A DNA stretch of 10,521 nt, from positions 1-10,521 of the forward strand of contig JAVRLY010000046.1 of NCBI GenBank assembly GCA_031960885.1, written 5' to 3'. The translations under genes were made by a program, and so were the position numbers. Below the pieces are notes generated by a model. It saw only the letters and a list, made by a program, of their open reading frames with translations, ran no database searches and was not told the DNA's origin. Below, piece after piece: positions 1 to 8,190 of this stretch (position 1 is its first letter; every line of letters starts with the position of its first letter). The DNA comes from Desulfurella sp. (GTDB taxonomy: Bacteria; Campylobacterota_A; Desulfurellia; Desulfurellales; Desulfurellaceae).

Positions 1-6
1 CAATAC

Positions 7-1209
7 TCAAGTATGGTATTGCGCATTAATTTTTACATATTCATGTGTCAAATCACTAAAATATAGGTTAAAATTAGAACCGCCAATGTTTAAATTTATA
101 TATATTTTTATTACATCACTGTTTCTTACATATTCTAAAAGTGCAATTTTATCGTATTCTTTTGGCTTTCCCCAAGAATATACCACACTTGTGCCTATTA
201 ATATTTCCAACTTATTTGGGTCAACATTTGCACCACTATAGCCGACTGCTGCAATAATCCTGCCCCAATTTGGATCTCTGCCAAATATTGCAGTTTTTAC
301 AAGTAATGAATTGGCAACGCTGCGCGCTACTTTTTGCGCATCATCATCACTATCTGCACCAAACACCATCACTTCGCATAACTTTGTAGCGCCTTCACCA
401 TCTTTTACGATTTCCTTCGCTAAATAGATGCAACATTCTGTTAACTTATCAACAAAATACCTGTAAAACTCATTTTCTTCGTCAATTAAATCGCCCACTT
501 CATTTGTAGAAGCAATAAACACAGTATCGTTAGTTGACATATCGCCATCTACGCTGATTCTATTAAACGATTTATCTACAGCTTCTTTTAAAGCTTTTTG
601 TAGCATAATTTGGCTAAAACTTACATCTGTTGCAAAAAAGGAGAGCATTGTCGCCATGTTTGGATGAATCATGCCTGCGCCTTTTGCTACGCCACCTATA
701 TGAAACAGCATATCAGCAAATTCACATTCCATAGATATAACTTTTTCCACTTTATCAGTTGTAAGTATTGCTCTAGCTAAAGCAGGCGTATTTTTACCTA
801 ACTTTTCTTTTAGTTTTGGCAGCGCGCCTAATACCTTCTTAGTTGGAAACTCCTCGCCAATAATGCCGGTTTGGGATACAAAAACTTCGTTTTCTTTAAT
901 GCCTAAATCTCTTGCAAGAGCCTTTGTTATTTCTTTGATAGCCAAAGCACCATTAATATTGCACGCATTTGCATTCCCGCTATTTACAAGGACGGCTCTA
1001 ATATGCTCTTGGTTTTGCAACAACAGCTCATCGTATAATACACAGTGAGCTTTTACTTTATTTGTTGTAAAAACAGCGGCAAATGTTGCATTATTTTCAA
1101 AATATATTAAAGCTAAATCATCACCTTTTCTTTTAATGCCACACCTAGTTGCAGCAGTTTGAATAGAGTTAAATATATCAAATCCATAATGTGTAATCTT
1201 GCAATTCAT
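7..1209 (-). CDS. argJ: Glutamate N-acetyltransferase / ornithine acetyltransferase ArgJ
   Basis: 400 aa ORF with ArgJ motifs AAVFTTN, NSGNANA, ILTTD, GGVAKGAGMIHPNMATML (autocleavage Thr), SVDGDMSTNDT, DGEGATK, GRDPNWGRI. ATGA overlap with the argC stop. Confidence 0.97.
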   Translation of the reverse strand: MNCKITHYGFDIFNSIQTAATRCGIKRKGDDLALIYFENNATFAAVFTTNKVKAHCVLYDELLLQNQEHIRAVLVNSGNANACNINGALAIKEITKALARDLGIKENEVFVSQTGIIGEEFPTKKVLGALPKLKEKLGKNTPALARAILTTDKVEKVISMECEFADMLFHIGGVAKGAGMIHPNMATMLSFFATDVSFSQIMLQKALKEAVDKSFNRISVDGDMSTNDTVFIASTNEVGDLIDEENEFYRYFVDKLTECCIYLAKEIVKDGEGATKLCEVMVFGADSDDDAQKVARSVANSLLVKTAIFGRDPNWGRIIAAVGYSGANVDPNKLEILIGTSVVYSWGKPKEYDKIALLEYVRNSDVIKIYINLNIGGSNFNLYFSDLTHEYVKINAQYHT

Positions 1210-2213
1210 GGGTAATACGGCCTAAGATTCAAGCCTTCCTCCTCCTTTAAACCAAACATAATATTCATATTTTGAACAGCCTGCGAGCTTGCGCCTTTTA
1301 ATAAATTGTCAATAACACTTATTATAATAAGCCGTTTATTGTCTTTATCAAGGGCAAATGATATATCGCAAAAATTTGTTCCCACACAGTTGTTTATCTG
1401 AGGTAAATCTTTAGAAATTCTAACAAAAGGCTCACTCTTATAATACTTTTGAAGTTTGTCAAATAAAAATTCCTCTTCAACATTATCTTGTAAGTTTGCA
1501 TATACTGTAGCCAAAATTCCCCTGTTTATTGGAAGCAAATGGGGCACAAATGTTACATTTACTGGCTTAATGGAACTTACAACCTCTTGAATTTCTGGTT
1601 GGTGGCGATGCTTTGCGGCTTGATACGCCTTAAAAGACGCTTCAACTTCGCTAAATAGTAAATCTTCTCTAAGTGCTTTTCCGGCTCCACTAACACCACT
1701 TTTGGCATCTACTATTACGCTTCCATCTATGATATCTAAAAAAGGCAGTATTGCTAAGATACTTGCTGTTGCATAACAACCGGGGTTTGCAATTAATTGA
1801 GCTTTTTTTATTTTTTCTCTATTGAGTTCTGGCAAACCATATACGGCTTTGCTAATTAATTCTGCACACAAGTGTGATTTATACCATTTCTCATATAAGT
1901 TTTGCGACAGTCTAAAATCTGCACTTAAATCAATTATACGTACTTTAGAGTATATCTTGCAGACTAACTGCATAGACACGCCATGAGGCAATGCTAAAAA
2001 AACTATATCCAAATTATTTAGTTTAGTTTCATCTATAGCTTCGATTTTTTTATCGCAAATGTTTTTCAAAGAAGGAAATAACCGATTTAGGGGTTCACCT
2101 ATATGACTTCTTGAGGCAATATAGTCTATCTCAACTAACGGGTGGTGCAAAAGCAACTTTACAAGTTCTAAACCTGTAAAGCCACTCACGCCAACTATGC
2201 CAGCATGTAGCAT
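1206..2213 (-). CDS. argC: N-acetyl-gamma-glutamyl-phosphate reductase
   Basis: 335 aa. Rossmann motif GVSGFTG, FLALPHG, IDLSADFRL, catalytic ANPGCYAT, SGVSGAG, HRHQPEI, DNLLKGAS. Confidence 0.97.
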   Translation of the reverse strand: MLHAGIVGVSGFTGLELVKLLLHHPLVEIDYIASRSHIGEPLNRLFPSLKNICDKKIEAIDETKLNNLDIVFLALPHGVSMQLVCKIYSKVRIIDLSADFRLSQNLYEKWYKSHLCAELISKAVYGLPELNREKIKKAQLIANPGCYATASILAILPFLDIIDGSVIVDAKSGVSGAGKALREDLLFSEVEASFKAYQAAKHRHQPEIQEVVSSIKPVNVTFVPHLLPINRGILATVYANLQDNVEEEFLFDKLQKYYKSEPFVRISKDLPQINNCVGTNFCDISFALDKDNKRLIIISVIDNLLKGASSQAVQNMNIMFGLKEEEGLNLRPYYP

Positions 2214-2222
2214 AAATAATAA

Positions 2223-2612
2223 TTATCGCTTTGACCATTGGAAAGACTTGCGTGCCTTTTTTTGGCCGTATTTTTTTCTTTCTACGCTTCGCTGATCCCT
2301 TGTCAAAAATCCAAGAGGCTTTAAAATATTTCTAGCTTGAGGGTCATACAACACAAGTGCTTTGCTAATTCCGTGCCTTATAGCACCAGCTTGGGCAGAA
2401 AGACCGCTTCCTAATACTTGGCAATCACAGTCAAGTTTTGTATCGTAGGCAGTAGCTTTCATTGGTTGCTCTACTATTAATTTTAGGGTATCTAACCCGC
2501 CGAAATACTCGTTTAGTGTTTTGCCATTTATTCGAATAATACCACTACCTTCTTTTAGCCAAACCTTGCTAATAGCCGTTTTTCTTTTACCAGTAGCATA
2601 ATACCTATCCAT
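2223..2612 (-). CDS. rpsI: 30S ribosomal protein S9 (uS9)
   Basis: 129 aa. YATGKRKTA, QAGAIRHGISKAL, LTRDQRSVERKKYGQKKARKSFQWSKR. SD AGGAG lies within the 3' end of rplM. Confidence 0.98.
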   Translation of the reverse strand: MDRYYATGKRKTAISKVWLKEGSGIIRINGKTLNEYFGGLDTLKLIVEQPMKATAYDTKLDCDCQVLGSGLSAQAGAIRHGISKALVLYDPQARNILKPLGFLTRDQRSVERKKYGQKKARKSFQWSKR

Positions 2613-2613
2613 C

Positions 2614-3048
2614 TTACTCTCCTAGCCTTATTTCTTGAGGTTTTTGAGCTTGGTGTGGATGATTTTCATCAGCATATACCTTGACTTTATTAATAAGTCT
2701 TTTTGAAAGCCTATTTTTAGGTAGCATGCCCCATACACCATGTTTAATCATACGTTCTGGATCTTTTGCCAATAATTTTTTTGCTGTAATTTCCTTAATC
2801 CCACCCATATAACCACTATGCGTATAATATTTTTTCTGATCTAATTTTTTTCCTGTCAAAACAATATGTTTGGCATTAACCACAACAACAAAATCGCCAC
2901 AGTCAACATTTGGCGTAAAAGTAGGCTTGTCTTTGCCTCTTATAATATTTGCAATTTTTACACACAAATCACCCAATACTACATCTTTTGCATTTATCAA
3001 ATACCATTTTTTGTTTGAAAATTCTTTTTGTGCCATAGAGCTTTTCAT
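2614..3048 (-). CDS. rplM: 50S ribosomal protein L13 (uL13)
   Basis: RGKDKPTFTPNVDCGDFVVVVNA, YYTHSGYMGG, GMLPKNRL, HPHQAQKP. ATG at 3048 is preferred over the TTG at 3051 because it lies 6 nt from AGGAGG. Confidence 0.98.
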   Translation of the reverse strand: MKSSMAQKEFSNKKWYLINAKDVVLGDLCVKIANIIRGKDKPTFTPNVDCGDFVVVVNAKHIVLTGKKLDQKKYYTHSGYMGGIKEITAKKLLAKDPERMIKHGVWGMLPKNRLSKRLINKVKVYADENHPHQAQKPQEIRLGE

Positions 3049-3054
3049 CAAATT

Positions 3055-3060
3055 CCTCCT
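3055..3060 (-). promoter_or_regulatory. Shine-Dalgarno site of rplM
   Basis: Perfect AGGAGG on the minus strand, 6 nt upstream of the ATG at 3048. Confidence 0.85.
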
Positions 3061-3077
3061 ATATATAAGACAAACTC

Positions 3078-3106
3078 ATCATAATCAATCACGGTTAATT
3101 TGTCAA
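3078..3106 (-). promoter_or_regulatory. sigma70-type promoter for rplM-rpsI-argC-argJ
   Basis: Minus strand reads TTGACA (3106-3101), 17 nt spacer, TATGAT (3083-3078). Confidence 0.75.
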
Positions 3107-3122
3107 TCACTTTTTAAAGATC

Positions 3123-3150
3123 TTGCATAATTAAATTCTTTGAGTAAAAT
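3123..3150 (+). promoter_or_regulatory. Putative sigma70-type promoter for the acyP...modE run
   Basis: TTGCAT (3123-3128), 16 nt spacer, TAAAAT (3145-3150), directly upstream of the first plus-strand gene. Confidence 0.5.
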
Positions 3151-3158
3151 ACATAGAT

Positions 3159-3431
3159 GTGAGTGTATGTAAGCTTATTACAATAACCGGGATAGTACAA
3201 AATGTAGGCTTTAGAGCATATTTAGAAAATATAGCAAAACAATTGGGGCTTACTGGCTATGTAAAAAATAAAGGCACAAATACAGTAGAAAGTGTAGTTT
3301 GCGGAGAAAAAGAATTAGTTGAACAATATATAAATGCTTGTAAAATAGGTCCAAAAAGATCGACAGTTGAAAGTGTTGTAGTAAAAGATATTATAACTGA
3401 TAAATATGAGGGGTTTAGTATATGGGTATAG
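3159..3431 (+). CDS. acyP: Acylphosphatase
   Basis: 90 aa, GTG start. GIVQNVGFR (catalytic Arg), LGLTGYVKN (catalytic Asn), GP near the C-terminus, and C4/C48 in the same positions as the cysteine pair of E. coli AcyP. Confidence 0.92.
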   Translation: MSVCKLITITGIVQNVGFRAYLENIAKQLGLTGYVKNKGTNTVESVVCGEKELVEQYINACKIGPKRSTVESVVVKDIITDKYEGFSIWV

Positions 3432-3907
3432 AGTATGAGGCAATACTCGAAAAAGCAGTTGAATCGTTTTTTGCTGATAAATATCAGTTAGCAAAGAACT
3501 ACTTTGCGCTTTTAAATACCAGTGGTCAATTTTCTCACATAGCGTACTTTGGAATTATTTGTGTTGATTCGATAACAAGTGGCTATATTGAAGCAAAGGA
3601 TTTGTTTAAATATTTTTTATTTTCTGATTTCTCTTCACAAAAAAACATGATAGATTATTTTTTTAATCACGAAATCTCTTACGAGGAATTTAGCATAGAT
3701 GATGCTGATTATAATAGTCAAACAATCATGTTGGAGTCTTTAGAAAGCGATAGTACATACAGCGACATTATGGTTGGAGAAATATTCGAAAAAATGGGAG
3801 ATGCACAAAAAGCACTTGATTATCTTATAAAAGCTTTACAAAAAAGACCTTTTGATAAAACACTTCACAGAAAGGTCAGTCATCTAGGAAAAAATTCAAA
3901 AAAATGA
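3422..3907 (+). CDS. Hypothetical all-helical protein with TPR-like segments
   Basis: 161 aa ORF overlapping acyP (10 nt) and kdsD (ATGA). The C-terminal VGEIFEKMGDAQKALDYLIKALQKRP fits a TPR pattern, and the N-terminus is also TPR-like. Confidence 0.7.
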   Translation: MGIEYEAILEKAVESFFADKYQLAKNYFALLNTSGQFSHIAYFGIICVDSITSGYIEAKDLFKYFLFSDFSSQKNMIDYFFNHEISYEEFSIDDADYNSQTIMLESLESDSTYSDIMVGEIFEKMGDAQKALDYLIKALQKRPFDKTLHRKVSHLGKNSKK

Positions 3908-4869
3908 ATGAACTTTTAACATCACTGAAAAAATCTTTAGATGTACAGATTAAAGCAATAACAAAAATTGAAAATGCAATCAATGAAAATTTTTTAAGTG
4001 CGATTGATACATTAGACCACTGCAAAGGCAGAATAATCTTTTTCGGTGTAGGTAAATCTGGTCTTATTGCTAGAAAAATTGCATCTACATTATCAAGTAT
4101 TGGCGTAGCGTCAATATTTATCCACCCAACAGATGCCTACCATGGCGATTTGGGCATGTTAAAAAGTGAAGATCTTGCAATATTTGTTTCAAACTCTGGC
4201 AATACAGCAGAGCTGCTTGGCTTAATAAGTCCTATAAAAAGAATGGGGCTTAAAATAATCTCTATTGTAGGCAATGTGCAATCAGAATTAGCTAATTTTA
4301 GCGATATAGTTATAGATGCATCAGTTGAAGAAGAAGCGTCTCCAATAAAATTGGTGCCGATGGCTTCAACAACTACAACACTTGTAATTGGAGATTTAAT
4401 TGCTTGCGGCTTAATCATTAAGAGGGGTTTTCAAGACAAAGATTTTGCAATACTGCATCCTGGCGGCTCTATTGGTAAAAAGTTGCTTACGCTTGTGGAA
4501 GACCTTATGCATAAGGGCAAAGATTTACCAACGGTCGGACTTGATGATGGGTTTGAGCAAGTACTTTATGAAATTTCGTCAAAGCGCTTGGGCGTTGCTT
4601 TTGTAGTTGATAATGCGTTTTCGCTTTATGGCGTCATTACAGATGGTGATTTAAGAAGAATTTTGGAAAAACACAAACATGGCGTGTTTGATTTAAAAGC
4701 AAAAGATATGGCAACAAAAAACCCCAAAACTATAGACAAAAAATCCCTCGCTATATCTGCTGCAAATACGATGCAAAAGTACTCAATAACAAGTTTAGCT
4801 GTTTGTGAAGGCAATAAAATAATTGGGGTTATACATATACATGACATAATGAAAGCAGGCGTGATTTAG
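3904..4869 (+). CDS. kdsD: Arabinose 5-phosphate isomerase, KdsD/KpsF/GutQ family (SIS + 2 CBS)
   Basis: 321 aa. GVGKSGLIARKIASTLSSIG, HPTDAYHGDLG, PMASTT, HPGGSIG, and CBS motifs GVITDGDLRR and IHIHDI. Adjacent to kdsC. Confidence 0.93.
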   Translation: MNELLTSLKKSLDVQIKAITKIENAINENFLSAIDTLDHCKGRIIFFGVGKSGLIARKIASTLSSIGVASIFIHPTDAYHGDLGMLKSEDLAIFVSNSGNTAELLGLISPIKRMGLKIISIVGNVQSELANFSDIVIDASVEEEASPIKLVPMASTTTTLVIGDLIACGLIIKRGFQDKDFAILHPGGSIGKKLLTLVEDLMHKGKDLPTVGLDDGFEQVLYEISSKRLGVAFVVDNAFSLYGVITDGDLRRILEKHKHGVFDLKAKDMATKNPKTIDKKSLAISAANTMQKYSITSLAVCEGNKIIGVIHIHDIMKAGVI

Positions 4870-5351
4870 TGATAAAAGTTATTGTAATGGATGTAGATGG
4901 TGTATTAACAGATGGTCGCATAATTATTGACGACAACGCTACAGAGTACAAGTTTTTTGATGTAAAAGATGGGCATATTTTTCACATTGCGCAAAAGCTG
5001 GGTGTTAAGATTGCTTTTATATCTGGACGATACTCAAAGGTTACAGACATTAGAGCCAAAGAATTAAATGTAGAAATTTGCATACAAAATCAACTAAACA
5101 AACTTGAAGCACTTGAATATATAAGAAATTACTACAATGTAGACTATAGCGAAATAGCCTACATTGGGGACGATGTCATTGATATTGAACCAATGAAAAA
5201 ATGTGGCTTTAGTGCGGCTCCAAAAGATGCCCACTTAAAAGTAAAAATGATAGCTAATTTTATATCAAGTAAAAACGGTGGCAGAGGCGCAGTAAGAGAG
5301 ATAGTAGAAGAGATTTTAAAACTAAACGGTTTTAACAATTATTGGAATTAG
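4869..5351 (+). CDS. kdsC: Kdo 8-phosphate phosphatase (HAD family)
   Basis: 160 aa, GTG start overlapping the kdsD stop. DVDGVLTDG, FDVKDG, ISGR, YIGDDVID, GGRGAVRE. Confidence 0.93.
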   Translation: MIKVIVMDVDGVLTDGRIIIDDNATEYKFFDVKDGHIFHIAQKLGVKIAFISGRYSKVTDIRAKELNVEICIQNQLNKLEALEYIRNYYNVDYSEIAYIGDDVIDIEPMKKCGFSAAPKDAHLKVKMIANFISSKNGGRGAVREIVEEILKLNGFNNYWN

Positions 5352-5354
5352 ATT

Positions 5355-5864
5355 GTGTGGATAAAAAGTCTTGAGATAGCACTGGGGCTAGTAACGATAA
5401 TTTTAGTTTTGTATGTGTCTAAAAATGTATTAAATATTGACATAACAACCAAATACAAAACTCAAATAAATTCTTACGCGCAACGTGTGCGCATAGTTAG
5501 ACTAACGAGCAATGCTACGCAAATTGTCAATGCAGACTATGTCCAATACATTGGCTCTACAATTTTTGCTAAAAATGTCTCGCTGTTAAATAAAGGCTCA
5601 AATGAATTTGTGCTTGATGCAAACAGTGCATATATTTACAAAAACAACGACGCTTCTTTAATTGGCAATTGCACAGCAAGAGGCAAAAATTTCACTATAA
5701 AAACGCAAAAAGTTTTTTGGGATAATACAAATAGCACACTAACTTCAAATACAAACACACAGCTTTTTTCACCAAAAATTGATATAACAAAATCCGATGG
5801 CTTTGTTTACAACAAAAAAACAAATATATTGGTAGTTAATAAGGCGGATGTATGGATAAAGTAA
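5355..5864 (+). CDS. lptC: Probable LPS export protein LptC
   Basis: 169 aa with one N-terminal hydrophobic helix followed by a beta-strand-rich Asn/Thr-rich domain. It sits directly after kdsD-kdsC as in the canonical operon. The call rests on architecture and synteny. Confidence 0.65.
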   Translation: MWIKSLEIALGLVTIILVLYVSKNVLNIDITTKYKTQINSYAQRVRIVRLTSNATQIVNADYVQYIGSTIFAKNVSLLNKGSNEFVLDANSAYIYKNNDASLIGNCTARGKNFTIKTQKVFWDNTNSTLTSNTNTQLFSPKIDITKSDGFVYNKKTNILVVNKADVWIK

Positions 5865-7117
5865 AAACTCTAAGATGCGCATCAGATAAATCTATATCTC
5901 ACAGAAGCGCTATTTTATCAAGTATAGCAAAGGGCACAACCATTATAAAAAATTACCTCTTTGCCCAAGATACGCTAAATACGCTTGAATCGCTAAAAAA
6001 AATGGGGGCAAATATACACATTGAAAAAGATAAAGTGGTTGTTAGCGCTCAAGGCAAGTACCTAAAAGAGCCATTTGATATACTGGATTTAGGCAACTCT
6101 GGCACTGGCATGAGGTTGCTTAGTGCGCTATGCGCTGGGCAAAATTTTTTAAGCATACTAACAGGCGATGAATCCCTAAGAAAAAGGCCAATGAAACGCA
6201 TAATAGAGCCTCTTACTCAAATGGGCGCAACAATTCTATCACGGCAAAACTTTTTGGCACCACTTGCAATACTGGGTAAAAATGAATTAAAAGGTATTGT
6301 ATATGACTCAAAAATATCATCAGCGCAAGTAAAATCTGCTTGTTTAATCGCAGGTTTATACTCAAATGAAAATGTAGAGTTTTCTGAACCATATAAATCT
6401 CGCAATCATACAGAAATCATGCTTAGGGCATTTGGCGTTGATGTTATAGAAGAAAGCACAAAAGTATCGTTGGGCAAAAACAAAGAACTTACAGGTAACT
6501 TTGAGATTAATGTGCCAGCAGACATTTCATCTTGCGCGTTTTTTATGGTAATGTGCGCAATAAAACCAAATTGTGAAGCATTATTTGTAGATTGTCTAAT
6601 AAACCCAACGCGCAGTGGTATATTAAAGGTATTTAGCGACATGGGTGTAAATTTTGAAATCTTAAACAAAAGGACAATGTGCGGCGAAGAGATAGCAGAT
6701 ATCTTGGTAAAATACTCTAAAAACATCAAACCATTTTATATTGATGGCTCAATTCTTCCTTCACTTATTGATGAAATACCTATATTGTCAATTTTGGCAT
6801 TGTTTGCAGATAAAGAAAGCGTTGTAAAAGATGCTAAAGAGCTAAGGGTTAAAGAAAGCGACCGCATAAAATCAATTGTACAAAATATTAGAATGTTGGG
6901 TATAGATATAGAAGAATTCGATGATGGCTTTATTATAAAACCCAATCCTCAAAAAAAATTTCAAAAAGCCTATATTGAAACACATTTTGACCATCGCATT
7001 GCTATGAGTTTTGCTATACTAAAAGCGCTTGGCTACGATATAGAGCTATCTGAAACAAAATCACCTACAACATCATACCCAAATTTTTTTGAGCATCTAA
7101 AATATTTAGGGAGTTAA
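5852..7117 (+). CDS. aroA: 3-phosphoshikimate 1-carboxyvinyltransferase (EPSP synthase, class II-like)
   Basis: 421 aa. DKSISHR, LGNSGT, SLRKRPM, SSAQVKS, RNHTE, NPTR, LIDEIP, RVKESDR, DHRIAMSF. Confidence 0.97.
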   Translation: MDKVKTLRCASDKSISHRSAILSSIAKGTTIIKNYLFAQDTLNTLESLKKMGANIHIEKDKVVVSAQGKYLKEPFDILDLGNSGTGMRLLSALCAGQNFLSILTGDESLRKRPMKRIIEPLTQMGATILSRQNFLAPLAILGKNELKGIVYDSKISSAQVKSACLIAGLYSNENVEFSEPYKSRNHTEIMLRAFGVDVIEESTKVSLGKNKELTGNFEINVPADISSCAFFMVMCAIKPNCEALFVDCLINPTRSGILKVFSDMGVNFEILNKRTMCGEEIADILVKYSKNIKPFYIDGSILPSLIDEIPILSILALFADKESVVKDAKELRVKESDRIKSIVQNIRMLGIDIEEFDDGFIIKPNPQKKFQKAYIETHFDHRIAMSFAILKALGYDIELSETKSPTTSYPNFFEHLKYLGS

Positions 7118-7119
7118 CA

Positions 7120-8190
7120 ATGAAAAACAATTATTTAGCAGAAAAAATTGAAAAAGAACCATTAGACTACCATACAGCTTTGGATTTGTTTCAACATGCG
7201 GACCTTTTGGATTTAGCAAAACTTGCAAAAAACATAAAACTCTCAAAAACTGGCAACAAAATCTATTTTACAATAAACAAGCACATAAATTACACAAATA
7301 TTTGTTATTCAAAATGCAAAATGTGCGCCTATTATAGAAATGAAAACGATACAGACGCATACACAATGAGCTTTGAAGAAGTGGAAAAAGAATTATCGGG
7401 TATTGATGATTTAAGAGAGGTTCACATAGTTGGCGCGCTAAATCCTAAGTTGGATTTTTCTTACTACATAAAACTATTAGAAACGGTGAAAAAAGCTGCC
7501 CCAAATGCACACATTAAAGCTTTTACAGCAGCAGAAATTGATTTCTTGTCTAAAATTAGTTCACTATCTTGGAAAGAGGTATTAGAGCAACTAAAAAAAG
7601 TTGGGCTTTCTACAATGCCCGGTGGCGGAGCAGAAGTATTTAGTGAACGCGTAAGAAAACAGCTTTATCCCAAAAAAATAGGTTTTGATGAGTGGTCGCA
7701 AATACATATGCTAGCTCATAGCATGGGTATAAGAAGCAACGCTACATTGCTATTTGGCCACATAGAAACTGACGAAGAAATCATTGACCATCTATTTAAA
7801 CTTAGACAATTGCAAGAAAAAACAGGCGGTTTTTTGTGTTTTGTGCCATTGTTATTCCACCCAGAACACACTGTGTTTGAAAACCAAATCAAAAAAGCAA
7901 GCGCTGTAAGGCAACTAAAGGTTTTATCCATTTCACGCTTGATTTTAGATAATTTTGAGCATATAAAAGCATATTGGGTGATGATGTCTCATAGTATTAG
8001 CCAGGTTAGTTTGCATTTTGGTGCAGATGATATAGATGGTACAGTGGTTAAAGAAAATATTTTTCATGCAGCAGGTGCTACTTCACCAGCAGGCCTTGTC
8101 AAAGATAAAATCGTTGATATAATTAAAAATGCTGGATTTGTTGCTGTTGAACGCGATGCACTTTACAATGAAATAAAGGAATACCAATGA
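7120..8190 (+). CDS. mqnE: Aminofutalosine synthase (radical SAM, CofH/MqnE family)
   Basis: 356 aa. TNICYSKCKMC (CX3CX2C), EVHIVG, HIKAFTAAEI, MPGGGAEVF, HIKAYWVM, FGADDIDGTV. SD AGGGAG at 7108-7113. Confidence 0.88.
   Translation: MKNNYLAEKIEKEPLDYHTALDLFQHADLLDLAKLAKNIKLSKTGNKIYFTINKHINYTNICYSKCKMCAYYRNENDTDAYTMSFEEVEKELSGIDDLREVHIVGALNPKLDFSYYIKLLETVKKAAPNAHIKAFTAAEIDFLSKISSLSWKEVLEQLKKVGLSTMPGGGAEVFSERVRKQLYPKKIGFDEWSQIHMLAHSMGIRSNATLLFGHIETDEEIIDHLFKLRQLQEKTGGFLCFVPLLFHPEHTVFENQIKKASAVRQLKVLSISRLILDNFEHIKAYWVMMSHSISQVSLHFGADDIDGTVVKENIFHAAGATSPAGLVKDKIVDIIKNAGFVAVERDALYNEIKEYQ

Noticed and set aside
863..1048. 61 aa plus-strand ORF
   Set aside because: Antisense shadow inside argJ with no recognisable motif.
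2870..3130. 86 aa plus-strand ORF
   Set aside because: Antisense to rplM and runs through its promoter; no protein features.
4137..4847. Two minus-strand ORFs (93 and 73 aa)
   Set aside because: Antisense shadows of kdsD.
5852..5905. AroA N-terminus looks short (MDKVKTLRCASDKSISHR)
   Set aside because: An in-frame TAA at 5840-5842 fixes the start and all catalytic motifs are present. From memory, Helicobacter AroA begins similarly short, so this is not a pseudogene.
6217..6945. Three consecutive minus-strand ORFs
   Set aside because: All share one frame antisense to aroA, as expected from codon mirroring.
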